DNA of 63,573 nt, the filler included, from Reticulomyxa filosa (taxonomy: Eukaryota; Protista; Foraminifera): assembly GCA_000512085.1 (NCBI GenBank). It is 15 parts of 15 records of this genome, joined end to end, with 100 filler letters (N's around TTAATTAATTAA, not from the genome) between each part and the next. Parts side by side here need not be neighbours in the genome. Positions count along the whole stretch, not along the records: positions 1 to 9,591 come from ASPP01024271.1; positions 9,692 to 14,904 come from ASPP01010064.1; 13 more parts are not named here. The stretch is one strand, 5' to 3'. The position numbers and the translations under genes are program-made. Numbering within the stretch: position 1 is the stretch's first letter; every line of letters begins with the position of its first letter. This document shows, piece by piece, positions 1-11,832 of this stretch. The notes under the pieces were generated by a model. The model had not been told where the DNA came from and ran no database searches. It was given only the letters and a program-made list of their open reading frames with translations.

Positions 1-3000
1 TCAATTTGCACTCTGTCGCCAATATCATATCTTATTTCGTCTCTTTCATCTTCGCTGTCTTCTGATTTTGTTTCAACTTCTGGAACAGGCTCTACTGAAA
101 CCACAGACGATCTTCGTGCAAAGATGCCTCTTCCAATCGGACACTGTTTATGTTTTGTGCTATCATTTGCAGAAATGGTGTTGACATAAACACAATAATA
201 CCTGGAAATAGCGATAGTTATTATAAACACCATCGTGCGCGCCAGGGGTCCATGCGTCTGACGGAAAAAAAAAGAATGTTTGTGCTTAACATTTATAAAT
301 TGAACAAATACAAAAGCAAACCTAATTCGACTCCAATAATTTCTTGATCAGACAAATGATCTGCACCAATATATTTGACCACTCCTGTGCGGTTATTGGT
401 AAGTTTAATCTTATCGCCAAGTTTTAATTGAACTTTGGCTTCTTCCAATTTCTTTTGCTCGGGATCATACTTTTCAATGTCGTCTCGTCTTGTAAATACG
501 CCACGTCCGGGGAATGTCTCGAAAATGACCTCGTTGTTGACAATGCCGTCGTGTGCATCCATGGACCATTCATCCAACTCAATTCCGATCACTTCGCCGC
601 CGGTAAATGCCGGGAATCCGACGTACTTAACAATACCAGTCCTTCCATTTTCTTTGATTTGCACACGATCTCCAGATTTAAAGGGTCGCAACTGGAAGGT
701 CGCATTTACGGTTTTTAAGTCAATCGGTTTAACCAAAGGAATCACAACTTGCGATATCAGTTCTCGTTTCGTGAAATAGCCACGTCCTTCGTTGGCTTCA
801 AAATATTTTCTGTCGCGGATTGTTCCGTTGTGTCCATAAGAGTCCCATGTATCCAACTCCAACCCAATGATTTCGCCTTGCGTGAACGCAGTTTCTCCTA
901 TGTACTTTACCACACCTGTTTTTCCACGGGCCAATTTCACATAATCGCCAATTTTGAATTGAATTTTGGGCAAAGGAGCTTGTGGAGGCGGGGTTCCTTC
1001 TTCCTCGTCGTTCGTCGTTTCTTTTTGCATGCCCTGATTCAAAGTCATACAAACAAATATCAAAATAATAAGCAATAATAATAATAATAAAACAAAAGTA
1101 CAAAAATATTTGTAGCATCACATACCGCATGTCCAAGGTTCTCAAGGATGAGGCTTTCTTTGGCAAAGAATCCACGACCACGGTCACACTAAGATCACCC
1201 ACAGAGCAATTCACGTAAAGTTTGATAAAGAAAAAATATGTAATGTTTACATTGAAAAGTAAAAATAGAGACCAAACCTTGAAATAAGTTTTGCCTCGAA
1301 CAGTTCCATTGGTTGCATTGGGATGCCAACTGTCCAACTCAATGCCGACCAACTTTTCATTGGAAAAGTCGACATTGCCAAAGTATCTGACCACTCCAGT
1401 TTTGTTGCCCAATATTCGAACGCGATCTCCAACATTGACTTGGATCAGATTTTCGACAATGCTCTTTCGATGAGAAGTGCCTTGTATTTGTTCGTTGTTA
1501 TTCTCCACGTCTCCTCCTTGTTCTTCATCATTTTCGTCATTTTCGTCATCGTTTTCATCATTTTCATCATCAACGTCTTCGTCTTCTTCGCTTTCCCTTG
1601 CTTGAGTCTCCTTCAAGTCTTGTATCGATACTTCGTCTTTCGTAAGTTGGGTTTGGGTGTCGTCTTCGTATTGTCTCTCCAACATTATTTCTTGCAAGTT
1701 GGGTGGCGGGGCTTTCTGCAATTGTTCCAATTCCTCTTTATACTTGTCTTTGCGTTGAATTTTTTCGATTTGGCCTTTATGCAATCGATCGCCACCGGCC
1801 AATCGTTGTTCGTATCTTTGGATGTCTCTCAAATGCTTGCGAAGACGCTCGATTCGATTGGCTCGACGATTGGTCTCTTGAATCACTGGATCGACTTTGG
1901 ATAATTCGTCAGTCTTTATTTCTGCAATCGAACGTCGATGAGCAAAGTATCCGTGCCCTTCAGCACATTGGAAGTACTTCTTTCCATCTTTACTTCCGTC
2001 ATGTCCATTAATCCACCATTCGTCCAATTCGATGCCCAGCATTTCCTCTTTGCTGAAATCGGTTTTGCCGACCCATTTGACCACACCTGTGCGCCCACGG
2101 TCCAACTCCACATGATCTCCCACTTTAACTGCTTTGCCTTTTTCATTGGTCCAATCTTTGTCGCCACTTTCATTTGCTTTGTTTTCTTCTTCGCGCGATG
2201 ATCGAATTGTCGAGCCCATATTTTCGACTATCTGATACTTATAGCAAAAGAACCCTCGCATGCTCGGACAGTCAAAGTACTTTGTTCCATTTACGCTGCC
2301 GTTGTTTCCATTGGGTGACCATTGGTCCAACTCAATGCCGACCATTTCTTCTTTCTTGTCAAATGCCACTAGACCCACGAATCTGACAACCTGTCATATA
2401 TGTACACATATATACATATATATAAATATATATGTAAACATAAATGTATATGTATACATATAAATACAAGGTTTTTATGATCTCTTAACTCCGGTACAAC
2501 CATTGTCGATTTTGACACGATCTCCAAGAGCAAATTCAACGCCATTCGGTTGGTCTTGGTCAAAGTCATTTGACAACGGCAACTGCAATGACTCTCTGCG
2601 CGTGAAAATAGCATGTCCAGGTCTACTTTCAAAGTATTTGGTTCCTTGAATAGAGCCATCGTTTGCGTTGGGATCAAAGGCTTCCAATTCCACTCCCAAC
2701 ATCTCCTCCACGTTTTTTCCGTCTTCTCCAACCACTTCGCCTTTCCAAACCACTTTGCCAAGTCCTTGCATAGTCTTGACATTGTCACCAACGTTTACAT
2801 TGCTTTGAGATGTTCCTTTTGACGTATCATTGCGTGTTGGTCGAGTGCGCTTAGTGGTTCCCATGTTCTTTTGTACTTCTTCCTGCAACGCAAAGTATCC
2901 TCGGCCGTTTGGCGTTTTGAAGTACTCTTTCCCATCCAACTCTCCATTGTGGTAGTTGGGATTGCTCTCATCCATCAACAAACCAAGCACGTCATCCGTG

Positions 3001-6000
3001 AGAAACGGCACTTTGCCAATCCATTTCACCACACCAGTGGCTCCACTTTCCAATTGCACTGCGTCGCCAATGCTCACCGGCACCGTCCACTTTTTGGTTC
3101 CCAGATCCATGGTGGCCTTTCTTTCCAACAGCTGGTTGCGCTTTTTAAGATTCATTTCTTTTCTTTCCCTATCTTGAGCTTCAAAGTCAAAATTTCCATT
3201 CTCCAATTCATTCAACTTCTTCAACAGCACCTCTTTGCTGACAATTCTTTGGAGTTGCTTGGGTGTCAAAGTTTCGCCCTTTTCACGACGTGTTTCCAAT
3301 ACTGCAATTTGGTGCAGTTTTCGTTTTGTCTTTTTGATTTCACGACGAGCTCGCAAGCGACTGCTTTGGCTATTTGAGGTTTCGTCTGGCAGCACCAAAT
3401 TCACAATGGATCCCTTGTGAGTAAAATACCCGCGACCAGGCTTTGCCTTGAATAACGCTTGCCTCGTATTTTCCCATCGTGTGCTCCCTCTGTCCATTGG
3501 GACAACTCCAAGCCAACAATTTCTTCTCCTTTGCTAAATTCAGTAACTCCAATAAACTTGACCACTCCAGTCTTGCCTCGGGCCAGTTTCACTTTGTCTC
3601 CAACTGCAAACTTGGGTTTTGGTGGCAACGGTGCCACTTGCTCACTTTCATCAAATTGTCCCAAATTCGCAACTAATCGCTCCAACGTGGTGAAATAGCC
3701 ATGTCCCTCTTTACACTTAAAATATTCCTTGCCGTCGACAGTGCCGCTATAGGCAGAAGGATGCCATTGATCCAACTCCAAGCCAATGCTCAACTGGTCT
3801 CGCGCAAAGTCCGTTTCGCCAACAAAACGCACAATGCCTGTCTTGCCCGTTTTGGTACGTACACGATCGCCGATCAGAGGTGCTCGAGTGAGATGGCCCG
3901 TTTTGGAGTCCATTTCCGGAGGCACTTCCCAGTCGAATATTGGCGCCAAGTTCTCTTCTTTTACTCCCAACAGTTTGTTGTCCTTCTTCTCCTCATGCAA
4001 TCGGACTTTCCATCGCTGCTTTTCGGGCGCGTATCCGAGTATCTTTACAATTTGGCCATTGTATTGAGGGGTCGCCACCAGATTTTTCAACTTCGCATAC
4101 GCGCCATCCTTAATATGCGTCCTGACAACGTTTGCAATTGATTTCCTGCGAGTGAAATAGCCTCTTCCTTTGTTTGCATCAAAGAGTTTCTTCAAGCCAA
4201 GAGTGCCATCTCGTGCATTGGCATCCCATGACTCCAATCTATCACACATTTCCCCACCCCCCCCCCGCCCAAAAAAAAATGGATAATGAAATCATTTTTT
4301 TTAAAAAAACAAAAAAAAAAAAACACAAATAAATAATAAATAAATAAAAACAAAACTCAATTCCAACAATTTCCTCATTTCCAGTTTCTTCTGTGGTACC
4401 AATATAACGGACAACACCGACCTTTCCTTGTGCCAGTTTGACTTTGTCTCCAGGCTTAATATTCGGCGGAGGGTTCTTTTGTTCGTCTTGGGCATTACTA
4501 TCGGAATTTGATTGCAACGAGGCTGGCAGCGTCGAGCCCAGGTTCTCGACCAAATGTGACAACGTGGTGAAGTAGCCTCGTCCATGAGAACACGTAAAAT
4601 ATTGGACACCATTGACAGTCCCATCTCCGGCATTGGGATTCCAACGATCCAATTCCACTCCGATCAAAGTGCCTCTGTTAAAATCGACTTCTCCAATGAA
4701 CTTGACCACTCCCGTTTTGCCGCGAATACTTCGAACGCGGTCTCCCAATTCGGGCATTACTCGTAGTGATTGTGCTCTCTTTTCTTCTTCTTTTCGTAGG
4801 ACAATGGAAATCTCTTCAGGCTTCACGAAAAAGCCTCGTCCTTTGCTTGTGGCAAAGTACGTTTTGCCATTCACGGTCCCGTCGTGGGCATTGTAATACC
4901 AGTCGTCTAATTCCAATCCCACCCATTTCTCGCTGCCTGGGAAATCAGTTCGATCATAGAAGCGAATCAAGCCGCGCATTCCATTTCGAAGCTGCACACG
5001 TTGTCCGATATCTACCTTCATATAGTATTTTTGTTTTTTTTTTTTTTTTCTGCTTCCACTTTTCTTTTCCATTCTTGCTCGTTATCAATCACTTGGGTTA
5101 TGCAATCTGCACGCGCAAACCATCCCATTCCTGCAGATGCCTCAAAGTACGAGTCATCTCGGACTGTTCCATTGTGGCCATTGGGGTCCCATTCATCCAA
5201 ATTCAATCCAACCATTTCGTGCGGTGCAAATTTCACTTTGCCGATGAATGCCACCTTTCCGCTGTATCCATCGTTCGTTATAACGTGATCGTCCTTCTCG
5301 TAAAACACGCCCAGAGACTGGGGATCAAAGTTTTCCAGAGCCAGTGAATCTTGTCGCAAGATCTTCTGAGCGTCATCGTCCTTGATCATGTCCTTCAATG
5401 TTGCAAATGATTGTCTTCGAACAAAGTATCCTGTGCCCGGTTCCGCCTCAAAGTACTTCTTTCCAAATAATGTGCCATCTGTTGCATTGGCACTCCACGA
5501 ATTCAATTGAATGCCTATCATTGGCTCGTCTTTACTAAAATCAGTTTTTCCCACGTACTTCACCACTCCGGATTTGCCTAACATAAGTTGAATTTTGCAT
5601 TGACAATAGTATTACAAAGGAAATATTCAACAAATGAAATCTGCATCACATAATATATATACATATATATATACATATATACATATATATATGTATACCT
5701 CCAACGTTAATTGTTTCACCGACTTTTGGTAGATCAGGAAAAGTTGGCTTCTCTTCCTCTTGCAACTCAATCAATTCAGGTAACTCTTTGAAATCGTCGG
5801 CATCATCTTTGTTCAGGTCATCATCATTTTCTTCGCGAACTGGCTCCAGTTCCATCGACCTTCTTCTTTGGTCATTCTTCACAGGTGTTTTATTGCTATC
5901 CTCTTTTTCCTCGTCAAACAGTCCCACGATGGAGTCGAAAGGCACAAGTAAGCCCCTTCCTTCCGGCGCCACAAAGTATTGGGTTCCATCGACCGTTCCT

Positions 6001-9000
6001 ATGCCATTGGGAGACCAGTTGTCCAACAAAATGCCAAGCATTTCGCGATCATCAAAGCTGACGGAGCCAATAAACATGATTTTGCCAACTTCGCCGCTGT
6101 CCAAAATGACTTTGTCGCCGGTTTTAACTTGTGGAGCCCCGTGATTGACAGGCAAATTAGGTCCATTTAATCCAATGGCAGACTCGCGTTTGACAACATC
6201 GTCAATTTCGATCAAAGGATAGCTTGCATTGAACGCTTCGGTAAGCTCTTTTAATTGCCTTTGAATGGACATTTTCCGTTGCATGAAATGGCCTTGGTTG
6301 CGATTCAACTCCGTTCCTAGATGGTTGTTTTTTTCGAGCTGCTCAATTTTGTATAATCTTTTTTGCAATCCACGCATTTGTCGATATCTTTGCGTTTGGA
6401 TTTTGGCTTGCTCCGTGTCATTTGGTCGTTCGATTAGTTCAATCACGTCGGATCGCTTGGCGAAATAGCCTCTTCCGTTGGTCGTTACAAAGTAGCCCTT
6501 GCCATTGTGTCCGCTTGGATTGGACGAATCCAATTCGACACCAATCATTTCCACCTCTCCGCCAACGGGACCGACATATTTGATCTTGCCAGTTTTGCCA
6601 CGCAGCAATCGCACATGGTCGCCTACTTTCAATTCCAAAGGCTCGTTTTGCAGACTGGAATAGCGCTCGTCGTAATACTTTCCAAGGTTTTCACTCAAAT
6701 CGGAGAGTCTGACAATTCGTTTGCTGCCATCAACACCAATGGAAGAGTCCAACAAGACAATTTGGATCTCTTGTTGACTGATCGGAGTTGTCGCCGTCAA
6801 AGGTTTTTCAATACGTTGAACAATGCCTTCTTCGCCCGATCTCAATCGCACTCGATCTCCCTTGTCGGGAAGCACTTTCAAATTGGACAAATATTCCAAC
6901 TTGGGTGGGAGCACTTGCATAATCGATTGTCGTCGTGTGAACAAGCCTCTGCCCATCTTTGTTTTGAACAACGACTTGCCTTTGAACTTCCCATCGTTGG
7001 CATTGGGATCCCAAGTATCCAACTCGACTCCGATAACTGGTTCGGTTTCTTCCTCGCCTGCGTCACTACCGACATATTTCACCACTCCAGTTCCACCTTC
7101 CGCCATTTGAATGCGATCGCCCACTTTGAACTTGACTCCCTCATTTCTCGTGGTGTCCATGAGCACTACACGATCCAAAGGCGTATTCACAATGGAGCCC
7201 AGATTTTCCGTCAAATACTTTTGCTTGGTAAAAAACCCACGCTGAGGCTTTGTTCGAAAGTATTGCTTGTTTTTCACTGTCCCGTCGGTCGCATTGGGAG
7301 AAAAATCGTCCAACACGAGGCCGATCCACGTCCCTTCTGCAAAGTCGACTGACCCAATGAATTGAATCACTCCGGTTTGGCCATCAAATACTCGGACGCG
7401 GTCTTTGATCACTGGCATTTGTTTCAGGTTGGTCTTTGGCTCGGTCCAGTCTTCCACGAGTTTATTTATGTCATTATTCTTTGTTGTTTCCGATTCTTTC
7501 AGGGCTTTGATTTCGGCCTCTGTCAATACCTTTTCAATATCTTTGCGAGAGCAAAAGTACGAACGTCCTTGTGGACATTTGAAATATTCCTTATTGCTTA
7601 CTGTCCCATCACTTCCATTGGGCCACCATTGTTTCAATTCCAATCCAATCACTTCGCCATCGCTAAAGTGCTCGAACCCCATAAACATGATTGTGCCAAT
7701 GCCATAGTATTTCGTCTTTACCACCTGTCCTCGACCCAAGTCGCCGTCGTAAGGCTTTGGTGGTGTTTGGTTTTTCTCGATCACGTTTGTGCTTCCAAGA
7801 TTTTCCACCACTTGAGAGACGTCAATGAAGGCACCCTTGTTGGCATTGACGCGGAAGTATTCCTTTCCTTTAAACGTGCCCGAAGTGGCTTTGGGGTCCC
7901 ATTCATCCAACTCCAATCCAATGTATTGTTTCTTCGCGTCTTCCATTCCAGCCAATGGGCCCACGTAACGCACCATACCTGTTCGACCGCCTTGGATGCG
8001 GACGCGATCGTCGACATGGACAACAATGTTCTCTCCATTAACCAAAAAGTCTGTTGCATTGCCGGCATTCGTTCCATATTCCATCAGCTGGCGCACAAAC
8101 ACTTTTTTGATCTCTTTGGCGCGTACAAAAATACCAAAGCCATCTTTCGTGGCAAATTTACCTTTGCCGTCGTGTCCCTGTGAAGAAATCTTGTCCAATT
8201 CGATACCAATGGCTTCGCCTCCACTTGCAGCTTCCACTGGTGCGATATATCGAACAGTCCCTTTATTATTATTATTATTATTTATTAAATGAATAATCTC
8301 TTTCTTTCATATTACACTCAAACAAAATAAAATAAAATAAATACCAGTTCTAGATCGGTCTAATTCAACACGATCGCCGACTTGTAACTTTTCAATCATC
8401 TTTTGCAACTCTTGCTCTCGTTGTGTCTCTTTTTCCTTTTCTTCCAACATTTTGATGCGCTCTTCCAATCCTAACTTTTTTCCCGTTCTTACGTCACGCT
8501 CATCACTACTCATCAAATCCTTCAATTCCAAATGTTTCAACGTGTCCGGGATCTTCAACACTCGTATCACACTATCTTGCTTCACAAATATGCCACGCCC
8601 ATTCTTGCAAGTGAAATATTTCTTGCCATTTCTGGACCCGTCGTTTCCATTCACATCCCATTGATCCAGCTCGACGCCGAGAACTTCTTCGCCTTTGCTA
8701 AAGTCCGTTACTCCAATGTATCGAACAAACTATTCATTTGCATTGATTCAAGGGTTATGTGATATGTACAAATGTGATTGGTGACAGTTTCAATCCAAGT
8801 TGTCCATACATATATAAATATGTGTATGTACGTATACATATATATGTATATATGCACATGAAATATATATGTTTATAACAAACAATAAAAAAACGTAACT
8901 CCAGTTTGTCCACTTGTTAGTGTGACATAACTATCGACATCAATTTTGATATCTTCTTCCTCCTCTTCTTCAATAGTTTCCATTTGTCCGTCATTGCCAT

Positions 9001-9501
9001 TGTCGTTGTAGATATCTTCTTCAATCAGTTTGTCTATTTCGATGACAGTTTTTTGGCGATACAAATCAGCGTCTTCACGGATATCGTTTTTGTTTTCAAA
9101 GATTTGTTCGGTGATTGGCAATGAATCCACAGCAATGATAGCTGATCTTCGTACAAAGATACCTCTCCCGTGATCGGTACTGAAATAACGCACGTTTCCA
9201 AAGGACCCATCGTTGCCTGTCGGTAATTTGGCATCGAGTTCGATCCCATACATTTCGCCCACCGCAAAGTCTGTGCTTCCTACATACCGAACAACACCGG
9301 TGCGATTGTTGACCAATGTCACTCGATCCCCGCATTGTACTGCTTGTTGGTCCTGCGCTGGTGGCTCCATTTCCAAGTCCTCTGGAATCATCTCGGGTTG
9401 TTTTCCGTTTTCTTTTTCCATTTCCGCGCGTGTCTTCACCATCATATCCACGTCGTTCACACGAGCAAAATACGAGTGTCCGGGTTTGCATTCAAAATAT
9501 C
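1..9501 (-). CDS. Giant multi-CAP-Gly-domain protein, internal fragment of about 10 exons, open at both ends
   Basis: Successive minus-strand ORFs (8873-9460, 8307-8654, 5646-8237, 5018-5584, 4242-5072, 3401-4249, 2475-3497, 798-2378, 293-1075) join through in-phase GT-AG introns (approx. 8730-8899, 8261-8344, 4239-4356, 2391-2489, 1189-1277, 258-321, 145-201). They repeat the pattern GDRV..x..G.TGVVKYIG..DF..G..IG.ELD.W..N.HDG...G..YF....GRG.F. I count 24 clear domains, 1 degenerate and 2 partial. There are two apparent 1-nt homopolymer frameshifts (~3452, ~5040). Confidence 0.9.
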
Positions 9502-9591
9502 TTTGAGTATATCACACAATTGGTTTTTTTTTTTTTTGACATAGTTTTAGTTGATCGCAAAATTGGAGGGACGAGAAAATAGATAAAAAAA

Positions 9592-9691
9592 NNNNNNNNN
9601 NNNNNNNNNNNNNNNNNNNNNNNNNNNNNNNNNNNTTAATTAATTAANNNNNNNNNNNNNNNNNNNNNNNNNNNNNNNNNNNNNNNNNNNN
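9592..9691. other. Artificial contig linker N44-TTAATTAATTAA-N44 (first of 14)
   Basis: Identical 100-bp spacer with stops in all six frames. It also starts at 14905, 16131, 17766, 23965, 25312, 29978, 39376, 43591, 49409, 57738, 59192, 61262 and 62474. Confidence 0.98.
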
Positions 9692-9726
9692 AAAAAAAAA
9701 AAAAAACAGCACGAAAAAGAAAGCTA

Positions 9727-10392
9727 TTGTATCACAACACGAGTGATGTTCGGCCGCCGAAGCGACAGAACAACGACTCGATGATATCGGTGGAGCTGTT
9801 CCAACAGCTGGTCGAGAAGCGGCGACAGCAGTACCACCGGATCCTGTTTTCGGACTTTGCGACGCAGAGTCACACGAGCGAGTCGTCGTACCCCTCCGCG
9901 TTCGCAGAGGAGTCGCTGTCTTGGACGAATGGGAGAGGCAGCTGGCAGAACGGGACAAAGGGCAGCGTTGGCAGGGACGCCACGAAGCGTAGGCGATTGA
10001 ATGCAAGAGGTGGAGATGGCGATATGAGTAACGGTTCGACGACAATGACAGCAACGACAGCAACGACAGCAACGACGACGACGACAAGAATGATGATCGA
10101 CAACCACCCTTTGGTGCTTCAGACTCAACGAGCGTTGGATCGCTACTTGTCGCAGCATGAGATGCTGGAGGAGGTGTTCAACGCAGACACCAAAGAGGGG
10201 TCGTTTGTGCACAAGTTCAACACCATATATGCGAATCGAGAGCGGAATGAACAACTCATTGTCCAGAACATCTCCACGGAGTTGAAAGAATATACTGCAC
10301 CGGATTCTGCGATCATTACGGATGGATCGGCCTCTGCGAGTGTTGGTGCTACTAGTTCTGCGACGGTTAATAATATGACTGCTACGAATACC

Positions 10393-10423
<31 letters not shown>

Positions 10424-10895
10424 CTTCTTCTTCTTCTATTGCAACGATGACAATAACTACTTCTACTCCTGATTTGACGACCACTGTGAAGACCAATGTC
10501 GAGGATGAACGCATCCTCGTCGGTGCGGAAACAGACTCGGACAAACACAAAGAACCCAAAAAGAGTTTTGGCTGAAGTTGGCGGAAAATAAAGAAACTTG
10601 GCTCAATGTTTGGAAAGATATGAAAAATATACCTTTGGAGTACCAACTTGACGAACTCTTGATGAGGACTGACTTGTGCCAATACTATGCCAATGACTGG
10701 GTCAAACTCAAAGACCAAACGGACTCAGCCTCCCCCAACAAAGATAGTCCGCCCAGTGAAAAAGACTTTCACAAAAAAGGTGATAAAGATGTCTTAGGAG
10801 TGCTAGGGCTTGCAAACACTGACGTTTTGAGAACTGTACCTTATTCCAAAGAAATCTTTCGCGGATTGCAACACAAAAAATTTTTACGGCTGTAA
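9727..10895 (+). CDS. Hypothetical protein, 3' part, with Thr/Ser low-complexity tracts
   Basis: ORFs 9727-10575 and 10578-10895 join if one A is added to the run at ~10558-10562 (EPKKEFWLKLAENK). Coding-like composition; no family recognised. Confidence 0.55.
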
Positions 10896-11832
10896 TTTCT
10901 CTCTGTTTCTTCTAACTCCCCCTTTTTTTTTTTTTATAATAGACGCTTTTGCCATCTTCTAATAAACTTTATTTACCAATCTCTCATAATGTTGATCTCT
11001 TCTCTTCTTTTTTTTTTTTATCGTGCAAACATTGTATTTCGCTCTTCTTTGCATTCCATCAATTTTGAAGCCTTCTTTCAATCGAAATGCAAAACAAAAA
11101 ATGTATAATTCATAAAGAAATCACAAAATGATTCAATATTTATCAACACAGACCAAAAGCAAAAGTAATACTTAAACAACTTAACCAATAACACGAATGA
11201 ACTGACAATCAGTTCATTCGAAAAATTAAAATCGAAGAAAAAATTCTAAAGCGATTTGCCGCAATTTTAGTTTTCTTACAAATAAAAATAAACAATTTAC
11301 TTGCATTTAATTCTTTTGCTTCAGCAAATAGTCGGCACTATAACGCTACATATAGAAAGTGATATCTTTGTTAAATAAATAAGCGGCTTTTCTAATATGA
11401 AAATCATTTGATTGCTGTTTTTTCATAACAAAATTTTTATATGTTGTAGCTACGGATGTATACAACACTTTTGCGAAAGTAAAAAAATTTTGAAACGTTT
11501 TTATAAAAAGAAAAAATAATGTTTGGGCGACGATTATACCAAAATCATTGTTGTATTCTTATAGTATTTCATATTAAATTGTCATCATTAAAAGCAAATT
11601 TATAAAATATTTTTTATAATAAGCGCTGTTATTATTTACATCAAAAACGAAAAAACTGTAGTGTATAAAGTAGCATAAAGACGAATACATTTAGATCAAT
11701 TATTAATTCATATTATTGTTAGTTTTGTGTTTGAGACTGAGGAAAATTTTACCCTATTTTGTTTTCTTTTTGCAAGTCTAGCTTTTCAGAAAAAATTTAT
11801 TGTAAAAAAATCTGTTTTAAAAAAACCGAGCA

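Noticed and set aside
3445-3460. Programmed ribosomal frameshifting at breaks in the CAP-Gly gene and others (5040, 10560, 36778, 51636, RNF213 contig)
   Set aside because: The inspected breaks are +/-1 changes in homopolymer runs with mixed direction, typical of pyrosequencing-type errors. I saw no consistent slippery site or stimulator.
428-9582. Long plus-strand ORFs over the CAP-Gly gene (e.g. 6507-7352, 7362-8183)
   Set aside because: They are antisense shadows of the coding strand with no recognisable motifs.
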